Positions 1 through 14,930 of a stretch of DNA of 64,000 nt are shown piece by piece (position 1 is the stretch's first letter; every line of letters begins with the position of its first letter). Both the position numbers and the translations under genes were made by a program. Origin of the DNA: Eledone cirrhosa (taxonomy: Eukaryota). The notes under the pieces were generated by a model. The model saw only the letters and a program-made list of their open reading frames with translations. It had not been told where the DNA came from and made no database searches. The stretch is taken from positions 20,832,001 through 20,896,000 of the forward strand of contig OZ024744.1 of NCBI GenBank assembly GCA_964016885.1. Reading direction: 5' to 3'.

Positions 1-3000
1 TAACAACTGTTGAATCTTAAGAACTGACTCGTTTTAACAACAGCTGAATCTTAAGATAAACTCGTTTTAACAACAGTTGAATCTTAAGAACTGACTCGTT
101 TTAACAACAGTTGAATCTTCAAATAAAACTCGTTTTAACAACAGTTGAATCTTAAGAACTGACTCGTTTTAACAACAGTTGAATGTTAAGATAAAACTCG
201 TTTTAACAATAGTGGAATCTTAAGAACTGACTCGTTTTAACAACAGTTGAATCTTAAGATAAAACTCGTTTTAACAACAGTTGAATCTTAAGAACTGACT
301 CGTTTTAACAACAGCTGAATCTTAAGATAAAACTCGTTTTAACAACAGTTGAATCTTAAGATAAAACTCGTTTTAACAACAGTTGAATCTTAAGTACTGA
401 CTCGTTTTAACAACAGTTGAATCTTAAGATAAAACTCGTTTTTACAACAGTTGAATCTTATGAGCTAACTCATTTTAACAACAGTTGAATCTTAAGTTAA
501 GACTCGTTTTAACAACAGTTGAATCTTAAGAACTGACTCGTTTTAACGACAGCTGAATCTTAAGATAAAACTCGTTTTAACAACAGTTGGATCTTAAGAA
601 CTGACTCGTTTTAACAACAGTTGAATCTTACGATAAAACTCGTTTTAACAACAGTTGAATCTTATGAACTAACTCATTTTAACAATAGTTGAATCTTAAG
701 TTAAGACTCGTTTTAACAACAGTTGAATCTTAAGAACTGACTCGTTTTAACAACAGTTGAATATTAAGACAAAACCCGTTTTAACAACAGTTGAATCTTA
801 AGAACTGTCTCGTTTTAACAACAGTTGAATCTTAAGATAAACCTCGTTTTAACAACAGTTTAATCTTAAGAACTGACTCGTTTTAACAACAGTTGAATCT
901 TAAGACAAAACTCGTTTTAACAACAGTTGAATCTTAAGAACTGACTTGTTCTAACAACAGTTCAGCCTTAAGAACTGACTCGTTTTAAAACAGTTGAATC
1001 GTTAAAACTGACTCGTTTTAACAACAGTTGAATCTTAAAATAAAACTCGTTTTAACAATAGTTGAATCTCAAGAACTGACTCGTTTTAGCAACAGTTGAA
1101 TCTTAAGATAACACTCGTTTTCATAACAGTTGAATCTTAAGAACTGACTCGTTTTAACAACAGTTAAATCTTAATAATTGACTCGTTTTAACAACAGTTG
1201 AATGTTAAGATAAAACTCGTTTTAACAATAGTTGAATCTTAAGAACTGACTCGTTTTAACAACAGTTGAATGTTAAGATAAAACTCGTTTTAACAATAGT
1301 GGAATCTTAAGAACTGACTCGTTTTAACAACAGCTGAATCTTAAGATAAAACTCGTTTTAACAACAGTTCAAACTTAAGAAATAACTCGTTTTAACAAAA
1401 GTTGAATCTTATGAACTCACTCATTTTAACAACAGTTGAATCTTAAGATAACATTCGTTTTAACAACAGTTGAATCTTAAGAACTGATTCGTTTTAACAA
1501 CAGTTGAATCTTAAGATAAAACTCGTTTTAACAACAGTTAAATCTTAAGAACGGACTCGTTTTAACAACAGCTGAATCTTAAGATGAAACTCGTTTTAAC
1601 AACAGTTGAATCTTAAGAACTGATTCGTTTTAACAACAGTTCAAACTTAAGAACTGATTCGTTTTAACAACAGTTGAATCTTAAGATAACATTCGTTTTA
1701 ACAACAGTTGAATCATACGAACTGACTCGTTTTAACAACAGTTGAATCTTAAGAACTGACTCGTTTTAACGACAGCTGAATCTTAAGATAAATCTCGTTT
1801 TAACAACAGTTGAATCTTAAGAACTGACTCGTTTTAACGACAGCTGAATCTTAAGATAAAACTTGTTTTAACAACAGTTCAAACTTAAGAAATGACTCGT
1901 TTTAACAACAGTTGAATCTTATGAACTGACTCATTTTAACAACAGTTGAATCTTAAGAACTGATTCGTTTTAACAACAGCTGAATCTTAAGATAAAACTC
2001 GTTTTAACAACAGTTGAATCTTAAGAACTGACTCGTTTTAACAACAGCTGAATCTTAAGATAAAACTCGTTTTAACAACAGTTGAATCTTAAGAACTGAC
2101 TCGTTTTAACAACAGCTGAATCTTAAGATAAAACTCGTTTTAACAACAGTTGAATCTTAAGATAAAACTCGTTTTAACAACAGTTGAATCTTAAGAACTG
2201 ACTCGTTTTAACAACAGTTGAATCTTAAGATAAAACTCGTTTTAACAACAGTTGAATCTTATGAACTAACTCATTTTAACAACAGTTGAATCTTAAGTTA
2301 AGACTCGTTTTAACAACAGTTGAATCTTAAGAACTGACTCGTTTTAACGACAGCTGAATCTTAAGATAAAACTCGTTTTAACAACAGTTGGATCTTAAGA
2401 ACTGACTCGTTTTAACAACAGTTGAATCTTACGATAAAACTCGTTTTAACAACAGTTGAATCTTATGAACTAACTCATTTTAACAACAGTTGAATCTTAA
2501 GTTAAGACTCGTTTTAACAACAGTTGAATCTTAAGACAAAACCCGTTTTAACAACAGTTGAGTCTTAAGAACTGTCTCGTTTTAACAACATTTGAATCTT
2601 AAGATAAACCTCGTTTTAACAACAGTTTAATCTTAAGAACTGACTCGTTTTAACAACAGTTGAATCTTAAGACAAAACTCGTTTTAACAACAGTTGAATC
2701 TTAAGAACTGACTTGTTCTAACAACAGTTCAGCCTTAAGAACTGACTCGTTTTAAAACAGTTGAATCGTTAGAACTGACTCGTTTTAACAACAGTTGAAT
2801 CTTAAAATAAAACTCGTTTTAACAATAGTTGAATCTCAAGAACTGACTCGTTTTAGCAACAGTTGAATCTTAAGATAACACTCGTTTTCATAACAGTTGA
2901 ATCTTAAGAACTGTCTCGTTTTAACAACAGTTGAATTTTAAGATAAACCTCGTTTTGACAACAGTTGAATCTTAAGAACTGACTCGTTTTAACAACAGTT

Positions 3001-5329
3001 AAATCTTAATAACTGACTCGTTTTAACAACAGTTGAATGTTAAGATAAAACTCGTTTTAACAATAGTTGAATCTTAAGAACTGACTCGTTTTAACAACAG
3101 TTGAATCTTAAGATAAAACTCGTTTTAACAACTGTTGAATCTTAAGAACTGACTCGTTTTAACAACAGCTGAATCTTAAGATAAACTCGTTTTAACAACA
3201 GTTGAATCTTAAGAACTGACTCGTTTTAACAACAGTTGAATCTTCAAATAAAACTCGTTTTAACAACAGTTGAATCTTAAGAACTGACTCGTTTTAACAA
3301 CAGTTGAATGTTAAGATAAAACTCGTTTTAACAATAGTGGAATCTTAAGAACTGACTCGTTTTAACAACAGTTGAATCTTAAGATAAAACTCGTTTTAAC
3401 AACAGTTGAATCTTAAGAACTGACTCGTTTTAACAACAGCTGAATCTTAAGATAAAACTCGTTTTAACAACAGTTGAATCTTAAGATAAAACTCGTTTTA
3501 ACAACAGTTGAATCTTAAGTACTGACTCGTTTTAACAACAGTTGAATCTTAAGATAAAACTCGTTTTTACAACAGTTGAATCTTATGAGCTAACTCATTT
3601 TAACAACAGTTGAATCTTAAGTTAAGACTCGTTTTAACAACAGTTGAATCTTAAGAACTGACTCGTTTTAACGACAGCTGAATCTTAAGATAAAACTCGT
3701 TTTAACAACAGTTGGATCTTAAGAACTGACTCGTTTTAACAACAGTTGAATCTTACGATAAAACTCGTTTTAACAACAGTTGAATCTTATGAACTAACTC
3801 ATTTTAACAATAGTTGAATCTTAAGTTAAGACTCGTTTTAACAACAGTTGAATCTTAAGAACTGACTCGTTTTAACAACAGTTGAATATTAAGACAAAAC
3901 CCGTTTTAACAACAGTTGAATCTTAAGAACTGTCTCGTTTTAACAACAGTTGAATCTTAAGATAAACCTCGTTTTAACAACAGTTTAATCTTAAGAACTG
4001 ACTCGTTTTAACAACAGTTGAATCTTAAGACAAAACTCGTTTTAACAACAGTTGAATCTTAAGAACTGACTTGTTCTAACAACAGTTCAGCCTTAAGAAC
4101 TGACTCGTTTTAAAACAGTTGAATCGTTAAAACTGACTCGTTTTAACAACAGTTGAATCTTAAAATAAAACTCGTTTTAACAATAGTTGAATCTCAAGAA
4201 CTGACTCGTTTTAGCAACAGTTGAATCTTAAGATAACACTCGTTTTCATAACAGTTGAATCTTAAGAACTGACTCGTTTTAACAACAGTTAAATCTTAAT
4301 AATTGACTCGTTTTAACAACAGTTGAATGTTAAGATAAAACTCGTTTTAACAATAGTTGAATCTTAAGAACTGACTCGTTTTAACAACAGTTGAATGTTA
4401 AGATAAAACTCGTTTTAACAATAGTGGAATCTTAAGAACTGACTCGTTTTAACAACAGCTGAATCTTAAGATAAAACTCGTTTTAACAACAGTTCAAACT
4501 TAAGAAATAACTCGTTTTAACAAAAGTTGAATCTTATGAACTCACTCATTTTAACAACAGTTGAATCTTAAGATAACATTCGTTTTAACAACAGTTGAAT
4601 CTTAAGAACTGATTCGTTTTAACAACAGTTGAATCTTAAGATAAAACTCGTTTTAACAACAGTTAAATCTTAAGAACGGACTCGTTTTAACAACAGCTGA
4701 ATCTTAAGATGAAACTCGTTTTAACAACAGTTGAATCTTAAGAACTGATTCGTTTTAACAACAGTTCAAACTTAAGAACTGATTCGTTTTAACAACAGTT
4801 GAATCTTAAGATAACATTCGTTTTAACAACAGTTGAATCATACGAACTGACTCGTTTTAACAACAGTTGAATCTTAAGAACTGACTCGTTTTAACGACAG
4901 CTGAATCTTAAGATAAATCTCGTTTTAACAACAGTTGAATCTTAAGAACTGACTCGTTTTAACGACAGCTGAATCTTAAGATAAAACTTGTTTTAACAAC
5001 AGTTCAAACTTAAGAAATGACTCGTTTTAACAACAGTTGAATCTTATGAACTGACTCATTTTAACAACAGTTGAATCTTAAGAACTGATTCGTTTTAACA
5101 ACAGCTGAATCTTAAGATAAAACTCGTTTTAACAACAGTTGAATCTTAAGAACTGACTCGTTTTAACAACAGCTGAATCTTAAGATAAAACTCGTTTTAA
5201 CAACAGTTGAATCTTAAGAACTGACTCGTTTTAACAACAGCTGAATCTTAAGATAAAACTCGTTTTAACAACAGTTGAATCTTAAGATAAAACTCGTTTT
5301 AACAACAGTTGAATCTTAAGAACTGACTC
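1..5329. repeat. 3,125-bp (92-monomer) tandem duplication: 1-2204 repeated at 3126-5329
   Basis: Rare variants recur at exactly +3125: TAACAACTG 1/3126, TTCAGCC 961/4086, AATAACTCG 1381/4506, AATCATACG 1711/4836. 92x34 minus three 33-bp monomers = 3125. First mismatch noticed at 2205 (G) vs 5330 (T). Confidence 0.92.
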
Positions 5330-7044
5330 TTTTTAACAACAGTTGAATCTTAAGATAAAACTCGTTTTAACAACAGTTGAATCTTATGAGCTAACTCATT
5401 TTAACAACAGTTGAATCTTAAGTTAAGACTCGTTTTAACAACAGTTGAATCTTAAGAACTGACTCGTTTTAACAACAGCTGAATCCTAAGATAAAACTCG
5501 TTTTAACAACAGTTGAATCTTAAGAACTGACTCGTTTTAACAACAGCTGAATCTTAAGATAAAACTCGTTTTAACAACAGTTGAATCTTAAGATAAAACT
5601 CGTTTTAACAACAGTTGAATCTTATGTACTGACTCGTTTTAACAACAGTTGAATCTTATGATACAACTCGTTTTAACAACAGTTGAATCTTATGAGCTAA
5701 CTCATTTTAACAACAGTTGAATCTTAAGTTAAGACTCGTTTTAACAACAGTTGAATCTTAAGAACTGACTCGTTTTAACGACAGCTGAATCATAAGACAA
5801 AACCCGTTTTAACAACAGTTGAATCTTAAGAACTGTCTCGTTTTAACAACAGTTGAATCTTAAGATAAACCTCGTTTTAACAACAGTTTAATCTTAAGAA
5901 CTGACTCGTTTTAACAACAGTTGAATCTTAAGACAAAACTCGTTTTAACAACAGTTGAATCTTAAGAACTGACTTGTTCTAACAACAGTTCAGCCTTAAG
6001 AACTGACTCGTTTTAAAACAGTTGAATCGTTAGAACTGACTCGTTTTAACAACAGTTGAATCTTAAAACAAAACTCGTTTTAACAATAGTTGAATCTCAA
6101 GAACTGACTCGTTTTAGCAACAGTTGAATCTTAAGATAACACTCGTTTTCATAACAGTTGAATCTTAAGAACTGTCTCGTTTTAACAACATTTGAATTTT
6201 AAGATAAACCTCGTTTTAACAACAGCTGAATCTTAAGATAAAACTCGTTTTAACAACAGTTCAAACTTAAGAAATGACTCGTTTTAACAAAAGTTGAATC
6301 TTATGAACTCACTCATTTTAACAACAGTTGAATCTTAAGATAACATTCGTTTTAAAAACAGTTGAATCTTAAGAACTGATTCGTTTTAACAACAGTTGAA
6401 TCTTAAGATAAAACTCGTTTTAACAACAGTTGAATCTTAAGAACGGACTCGTTTTAACAACACCTGAATCTTAAGATAAAACTCGTTTTAACAACAGTTG
6501 AATCTTAAGAACTGATTCGTTTTAACAACAGTTCAAACTTAAGAACTGACTCGTTTTAACAACAGTTGAATCTTATGAACTGACTCATTTTAACAACAGT
6601 TGAATCTTAAGATAACATTCGTTTTAACAAAAGTTGAATCTTATGAACTCACTCATTTTAACAACAGTTGAATCTTAAAGATAAAACTCGTTTCGACAAC
6701 AGTTGAATCTTAAAGAACTGACTCGTTTTAACAACAGCTGAATCTTAAGATAAAACTCGTTTTAACAACAGTTGAATCTTAAGATAAAACTCGTTTTAAC
6801 AACAGTTGAATCTTAAGAACTGACTCGTTTTAACGACAGCTGAATCTTAAGATAAAACTCGTTTTAACAACAGTTCAAACTTAAGAAATGACTCGTTTTA
6901 ACAACAGTTGAATCTTATGAACTGACTCATTTTAACAACAGTTGAATCTTAAGAACTGATTCGTTTTAACAACAGTTGAATCTTAAGATAAAACTCGTTT
7001 TAACAACAGTTGAATCTTAAGATAAAACTCGTTTTAACAACAGT

Positions 7045-7860
7045 TGAATCTTAAGATAAAACTCGTTTCGACAACAGTTGAATCTTAAAGAACTGACTCG
7101 TTTTAACAACAGCTGAATCTTAAGATAAAACTCGTTTTAACAACAGTTGAATCTTAAGAACTGACTCTTTTTAACAACAGTTGAATCTTAAGATAAAACT
7201 CGTTTTAACAACAGTTGAATCTTATGAGCTAACTCATTTTAACAACAGTTGAATCTTAAGTTAAGACTCGTTTTAACAACAGTTGAATCTTAAGAACTGA
7301 CTCGTTTTAACAACAGCTGAATCTTAAGATAAAACTCGTTTTAACAACAGTTGAATCTTAAGAACTGACTCGTTTTAACAACAGCTGAATCTTAAGATAA
7401 AACTCGTTTTAACAACAGTTGAATCTTAAGTTAAGACTCGTTTTAACAACAGTTGAATCTTAAGATAAAACTCGTTTCGACAACAGTTGAATCTTAAAGA
7501 ACTGACTCGTTTTAACAACAGCTGAATCTTAAGATAAAACTCGTTTTAACAACAGTTGAATCTTAAGAACTGACTCTTTTTAACAACAGTTGAATCTTAA
7601 GATAAAACTCGTTTTAACAACAGTTGAATCTTATGAGCTAACTCATTTTAACAACAGTTGAATCTTAAGTTAAGACTCGTTTTAACAACAGTTGAATCTT
7701 AAGAACTGACTCGTTTTAACAACAGCTGAATCTTAAGATAAAACTCGTTTTAACAACAGTTGAATCTTAAGAACTGACTCGTTTTAACAACAGCTGAATC
7801 TTAAGATAAAACTCGTTTTAACAACAGTTGAATCTTAAGTTAAGACTCGTTTTAACAACA
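7045..7860. repeat. Local 409-bp (12-monomer) tandem duplication
   Basis: TTTCGACAACAGTTGAATCTTAAAGAACTG at 7066 and 7475 (409 = 12x34+1), each followed by the same ACTCTTTT and TATGAGCT variants. Boundaries approximate. Confidence 0.85.
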
Positions 7861-10800
7861 GTTGAATCTTAAGAACTGACTCGTTTTAACGACAGCTGAA
7901 TCTTAAGACAAAACCCGTTTTAACAACAGTTGAATCTTAAGAACTGTCTCGTTTTAACAACAGTTGAATCTTAAGATAAACCTCGTTTTAACAACAGTTG
8001 AATCTTAAGAACTGTCTCGTTTTAACAACAGTTGAATTTTAAGATAAACCTCGTTTTGACAACAGTTGAATCTTAAGAACTGACTCGTTTTATCAACAGT
8101 TAAATCTTAATAACTGACTCGTTTTAACAACAGTTGAATGTTAAGATAAAACTCGTTTTAACTATAGTTGAATCTTAAGAACTGACTCGTTTTAACAACA
8201 GTTGAATCTTAAGATAAAACTCGTTTTAACAACTGTTGAATCTTAAGAACTGACTCGTTTTAACAACAGCTGAATCTTAAGATAAAACTCGTTTTAACAA
8301 CAGTTGAATCTTAAGAACTGACTCGTTTTAACAACAGTTGAATCTTCAAATAAAACTCGTTTTAACAACAGTTGAATCTTAAGAACTGACTCGTTTTAAC
8401 AACAGTTGAATGTTAAGATAAAACTCGTTTTAACAATAGTGGAATCTTAAGAACTGACTCGTTTTAACAACAGTTGAATCTTAAGATAAAACTCGTTTTA
8501 ACAACAGTTGAATCTTAAGATAAAACTCGTTTTAACAACAGTTGAATCTTAAGAACTGATTCGTTTTAACAACAGTTCAAACTTAAGAACTGACTCGTTT
8601 TAACAACAGTTGAATCTTATGAACTGACTCATTTTAACAACAGTTGAATCTTAAGATAACATTCGTTTTAACAACAGTTGAATCTTAAGAACTGACTCGT
8701 TTTAACAACAGTTGAATCTTAAAGATAAAACTCGTTTCGACAACAGTTGAATCTTAAGAACTGACTCGTTTTAACAACAGCTGAATCTTAAGATAAAACT
8801 CGTTTTAACAACAGTTGAATCTTAAGAACTGACTCGTTTTAACGACAGCTGAATCTTAAGATAAAACTCGTTTTAACAACAGTTCAAACTTAAGAAATGA
8901 CTCGTTTTAACAACAGTTGAATCTTATGAACTGACTCATTTTAACAACAGTTGAATCTTAAGAACTGATTCGTTTTAACAACAGCTGAATCTTAAGATAA
9001 AACTCGTTTTAACAACAGTTGAATCTTAAGAACTGATTCGTTTTAACAACAGCTGAATCTTAAGATAAAACTCGTTTTAACAACAGTTGAATCTTAAGAA
9101 CTGACTCGTTTTAACAACAGCTGAATCTTAAGATAAAACTCGTTTTAACAACAGTTGAATCTTAAGATAAAACTCGTTTTAACAACAGTTCAAACTTAAG
9201 AAATGACTCGTTTTAACAAAAGTTGAATCTTATGAACTCACTCATTTTAACAACAGTTGAATCTTAAGATAACATTCGTTTTAACAACAGTTGAATCTTA
9301 AGAACTGATTCGTTTTAATAACAGTTGAATGTTAAGATAAAACTCGTTTTAACAATAGCGGAATCTTAAGAACTGACTCGTTTTAACAACAGTTGAATCT
9401 TAAGATAAAACTCGTTTTAACAACAGTTGAATCTTAAGAACTGACTCGTTTTAACGACAGCTGAATCTTAAGATAAAACTCGTTTTAACAACAGTTCAAA
9501 CTTAAGAAATGACTCGTTTTAACAACAGTTGAATCTTATGAACTGACTCATTTTAACAACAGTTGAATCTTAAGAACTGATTCGTTTTAACAACAGTTGA
9601 ATCTTAAGATAAAACTCGTTTTAACAACAGTTGAATCTTAAGAACTGACTCGTTTTAACAACAGCTGAATCTTAAGATAAAACTCGTTTTAACAACAGTT
9701 GATTCTTAAGAACTGACTCGTTTTAACAACAGCTGAATCTTAAGATAAAACTCGTTTTAACAACAGTTGAATCTTAAGATAAAACTCGTTTTAACAACAG
9801 TTGAATCTTAAGAACTGACTCGTTTTAACAACAGTTGAATCTTAAGATAAAACTCGTTTTAACAACAGTTGAATCTTATGAACTAACTCATTTTAACAAC
9901 AGTTGAATCTTAAGTTAAGACTCGTTTTAACAACAGTTGAATCTTAAGAACTGACTCGTTTTAACGACAGCTCAATCTTAAGATAAAACTCGTTTTAACA
10001 ACAGTTGGATCTTAAGAACTGACTCGTTTTAACAACAGTTGAATCTTACGATAAAACTCGTTTTAACAACAGTTGAATCTTATGAACTAACTCATTTTAA
10101 CAACAGTTGAATCTTAAGTTAAGACTCGTTTTAACAACAGTTGAATCTTAAGACAAAACCCGTTTTAACAACAGTTGAATCTTAAGAACTGTCTCGTTTT
10201 AACAACAGTTGAATCTTAAGATAAACCTCGTTTTAACAACAGTTTAATCTTAAGAACTGACTCGTTTTAACAACAGTTGAATCTTAAGACAAAACTCGTT
10301 TTAACAACAGTTGAATCTTAAGAACTGACTTGTTCTAACAACAGTTCAGCCTTAAGAACTGACTCGTTTTAAAACAGTTGAATCGTTAGAACTGACTCGT
10401 TTTAACAACAGTTGAATCTTAAAATAAAACTCGTTTTAACAATAGTTGAATCTCAAGAACTGACTCGTTTTAGCAACAGTTGAATCTTAAGATAACACTC
10501 GTTTTCATAACAGTTGAATCTTAAGAACTGTCTCGTTTTAACAACAGTTGAATTTTAAGATAAACCTCGTCTTGACAACAGTTGAATCTTAAGAACTGAC
10601 TCGTTTTAACAACAGTTAAATCTTAATAACTGACTCGTTTTAACAACAGTTGAATGTTAAGATAAAACTCGTTTTAACAATAGTTGAATCTTAAGAACTG
10701 ACTCGTTTTAACAACAGTTGAATCTTAAGATAAAACTCGTTTTAACAACTGTTGAATCTTAAGAACTGACTCGTTTTAACAACAGCTGAATCTTAAGATA

Positions 10801-13800
10801 AAACTCGTTTTAACAACAGTTGAATCTTAAGAACTGACTCGTTTTAACAACAGTTGAATCTTCAAATAAAACTCGTTTTAACAACAGTTGAATCTTAAGA
10901 ACTGACTCGTTTTAACAACAGTTGAATGTTAAGATAAAACTCGTTTTAACAATAGTGGAATCTTAAGAACTGACTCGTTTTAACAACAGTTGAATCTTAA
11001 GATAAAACTCGTTTTAACAACAGTTGAATCTTAAGAACTGACTCGTTTTAACAACAGCTGAATCTTAAGATAAAACTCGTTTTAACAACAGTTCAAACTT
11101 AAGAAATGACTCGTTTTAACAAAAGTTGAATATTATGAACTCACTCATTTTAACAACAGTTGAATCTTAAGATAACATTCGTTTTAACAACAGTTGAATC
11201 TTAAGAACTGATTCGTTTTAACAACAGTTGAATCTTAAGATAAAACTCGTTTTAACAACACATGAATCTTAAGAACGGACTCGTTTTAACAACACCTGAA
11301 TCTTAAGATAAAACTCGTTTTAACAACAGTTGAATCTTAAGAACTGATTCGTTTTAACAACAGTTCAAACTTAAGAACTGACTCGTTTTAACAACAGTTG
11401 AATCTTATGAACTGACTCATTTTAACAACAGTTGAATCTTAAGATAACATTCGTTTTAACAACAGTTGAATCTTAAGAACTGACTCGTTTTAACAACAGT
11501 TGAATCTTAAAGATAAAACTCGTTTCGACAACAGTTGAATCTTAAGAACTGACTCGTTTTAACAACAGCTGAATCTTAAGATAAAACTCGTTTTAACAAC
11601 AGTTGAATCTTAAGATAAAACTCGTTTTAACAACAGTTGAATCTTAAGAACTGACTCGTTTTAACGACAGCTGAATCTTAAGATAAAACTCGTTTTAACA
11701 ACAGTTCAAACTTAAGAAATGACTCGTTTTAACAACAGTTGAATCTTATGAACTGACTCATTTTAACAACAGTTGAATCTTAAGAACTGATACGTTTTAA
11801 CAACAGCTGAATCTTAAGATAAAACTCGTTTTAACAACAGTTGAATCTTAAGAACTGACTCGTTTTAACAACAGCTGAATCTTAAGATAAACTCGTTTTA
11901 ACAACAGTTGAATCTTAAGAACTGACTCGTTTTAACAACAGCTGAATCTTAAGATAAAACTCGTTTTAACAACAGTTGAATCTTAAGATAAAACTCGTTT
12001 TAACAACAGTTGAATCTTAAGAACTGACTCTTTTTAACAACAGTTGAATCTTAAGATAAAACTCGTTTTAACAACAGTTGAATCTTATGAGCTAACTCAT
12101 TTTAACAACAGTTGAATCTTAAGTTAAGACTCGTTTTAACAACAGTTGAATCTTAAGAACTGACTCGTTTTAACAACTGCTGAATCTTAAGATAAAACTC
12201 GTTTTAACAACAGTTGAATCTTAAGAACTGACTCGTTTTAACAACAGCTGAATCTTAAGATAAAACTCGTTTAACAACAGTTGAATCTTAAGTTAAGACT
12301 CGTTTTAACAACAGTTGAATCTTAAGAACTGACTCGTTTTAACGACAGCTGAATCTTAAGACAAAACCCGTTTTAACAACAGTTGAATCTTAAGAACTGT
12401 CTCGTTTTAACAACAGTTGAATCTTAAGATAAACCTCGTTTTAACAACAGTTTAATCTTAAGAACTGACTCGTTTTAACAACAGTTGAATCTTAAGACAA
12501 AACTCGTTTTAACAACAGTTGAATCTTAAGAACTGACTCGTTTTAACAACAGTTGAATCTTAAAATAAAACTCGTTTTAACAATAGTTGAATCTCAAGAA
12601 CTGACTCGTTTTAGCAACAGTTGTATCTTAAGATAACACTCGTTTTCATAACAGTTGAATCTTAAGAACTGTCTCGTTTTAACAACAGTTGAATTTTAAG
12701 ATAAACCTCGTTTTGACAACAGTTGAATCTTAAGAACTGACTCGTTTTAACAACAGTTAAATCTTAATAACTGACTCGTTTTAACAACAGTTGAATGTTA
12801 AGATAAAACTCGTTTTAACAATAGTTGAATCTTAAGAACTGACTCGTTTTAACAACAGTTGAATCTTAAGATAAAACTCGTTTTAACAACAGTTGAATCT
12901 TAAGAACTGACTCGTTTTAACAACAGTTGAATCTTCAAATAAAACTCGTTTTAACAACAGTTGAATCTTAAGAACTGACTCGTTTTAACAACAGTTGAAT
13001 GTTAAGATAAAACTCGTTTTAACAATAGTGGAATCTTAAGAACTGACTCGTTTTAACAACAGTTGAATCTTAAGATAAAACTCGTTTTAACAACAGTTGA
13101 ATCTTAAGAACTGACTCGTTTTAACAACAGCTGAATCTTAAGATAAAACTCGTTTTAACAACAGTTCAACCTTAAGAAATGACTCGTTTTAACAAAAGTT
13201 GAATCTTATGAACTCACTCATTTTAACAACAGTTGAATCTTAAGATAACATTCGTTTTAACAACAGTTGAATCTTAAGAACTGATTCGTTTTAACAACAG
13301 TTGAATCTTAAGATAAAACTCGTTTTAACAACACTTGAATCTTAAGATAAAACTCGTTTTAACAACACTTGAATCTTAAGAACGGACTCGTTTTAACAAC
13401 ACCTGAATCTTAAGATAAAACTCGTTTTAACAACAGTTGAATCTTAAGAACTGATTCGTTTTAACAACAGTTCAAACTTAAGAACTGACTCGTTTTAACA
13501 ACAGTTGAATCTTATGAACTGACTCATTTTAACAACAGTTGAATCTTAAGATAACATTCGTTTTAACAACAGTTGAATCTTAAGAACTGACTCGTTTTAA
13601 CAACAGTTGAATCTTAAAGATAAAACTCGTTTCGACAACAGTTGAATCTTAAGAACTGACTCGTTTTAACAACAGCTGAATCTTAAGATAAAACTCGTTT
13701 TAACAACAGTTGAATCGTAAGAACTGACTCGTTTTAACGACAGCTGAATCTTAAGATAAAACTCGTTTTAACAACAGTTCAAACTTAAGAAATGACTCGT

Positions 13801-14319
13801 TTTAACAACAGTTGAATCTTATGAACTTACTCATTTTAACAACAGTTGAATCTTAAGAACTGATTCATTTTAACAACAGCTGAATCTTAAGATAAAACTC
13901 GTTTTAACAGCAGTTGAATCTTAAGAACTGATTCGTTTTAACAACAGTTGAATCTTAAGATAAAACTCGTTTTAACAACAGTTCAAACTTAAGAAATGAC
14001 TCGTTTTAACAAAAGTTGAATCTTATGAACTCACTCATTTTAACAACAGTTGAATCTTAAGATAACATTCGTTTTAACAACAGTTGAATCTTAAGAACTG
14101 ATTCGTTTTAATAACAGTTGAATGTTAAGATAAAACTCGTTTTAACAACAGTTGAATCTTAAGAACTGACTCGTTTTAACAACAGCTGAATCTTAAGATA
14201 AAACTCGTTTTAACAACAGTTGATTCTTAAGAACTGACTCGTTTTAACAACAGCTGAATCTTAAGATAACACTCGTTTTAACAATAGTTGAATCTTAAGA
14301 ACTGACTCGTTTTAACAAC

Positions 14320-14930
14320 AGTTGAATCTTAAGAACTGACTCGTTTTAACAACAGCTGAATCTTAAGATAAAACTCGTTTTAACAACAGTTGAATCTTAA
14401 GAACTGACTCGTTTTAACAACAGTTGAATCTTCAAATAAAACTCGTTTTAACAACAGTTGAATCTTAAGAACTGACTCGTTTTAACAACAGTTGAATGTT
14501 AAGATAAAACTCGTTTTAACAATAGTGGAATCTTAAGAACTGACTCGTTTTAACAACAGTTGAATCTTAAGATAAAACTCGTTTTAACAACAGTTGAATC
14601 TTAAGAACTGACTCGTTTTAACAACAGCTGAATCTTAAGATAAAACTCGTTTTAACAACAGTTGAATCTTAAGAACTGACTCGTTTTAACAACAGTTGAA
14701 TCTTCAAATAAAACTCGTTTTAACAACAGTTGAATCTTAAGAACTGACTCGTTTTAACAACAGTTGAATGTTAAGATAAAACTCGTTTTAACAATAGTGG
14801 AATCTTAAGAACTGACTCGTTTTAACAACAGTTGAATCTTAAGATAAAACTCGTTTTAACAACAGTTGAATCTTAAGAACTGACTCGTTTTAACAACAGC
14901 TGAATCTTAAGATAAAACTCGTTTTAACAA
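14320..14930. repeat. Local 272-bp (8-monomer) tandem duplication
   Basis: TTCAAATAAA at 14431 and 14703 (272 = 8x34), each followed by GAATGTTAAG and AATAGTGG variants in the same order. Boundaries approximate. Confidence 0.85.

Noticed and set aside
28-129. 34-bp recombinase sites (loxP/FRT-like) or plasmid iterons
   Set aside because: Only the length matches. There is no 13-bp inverted repeat plus 8-bp spacer layout and no recombinase or rep gene, and the copy number is far beyond iteron arrays.
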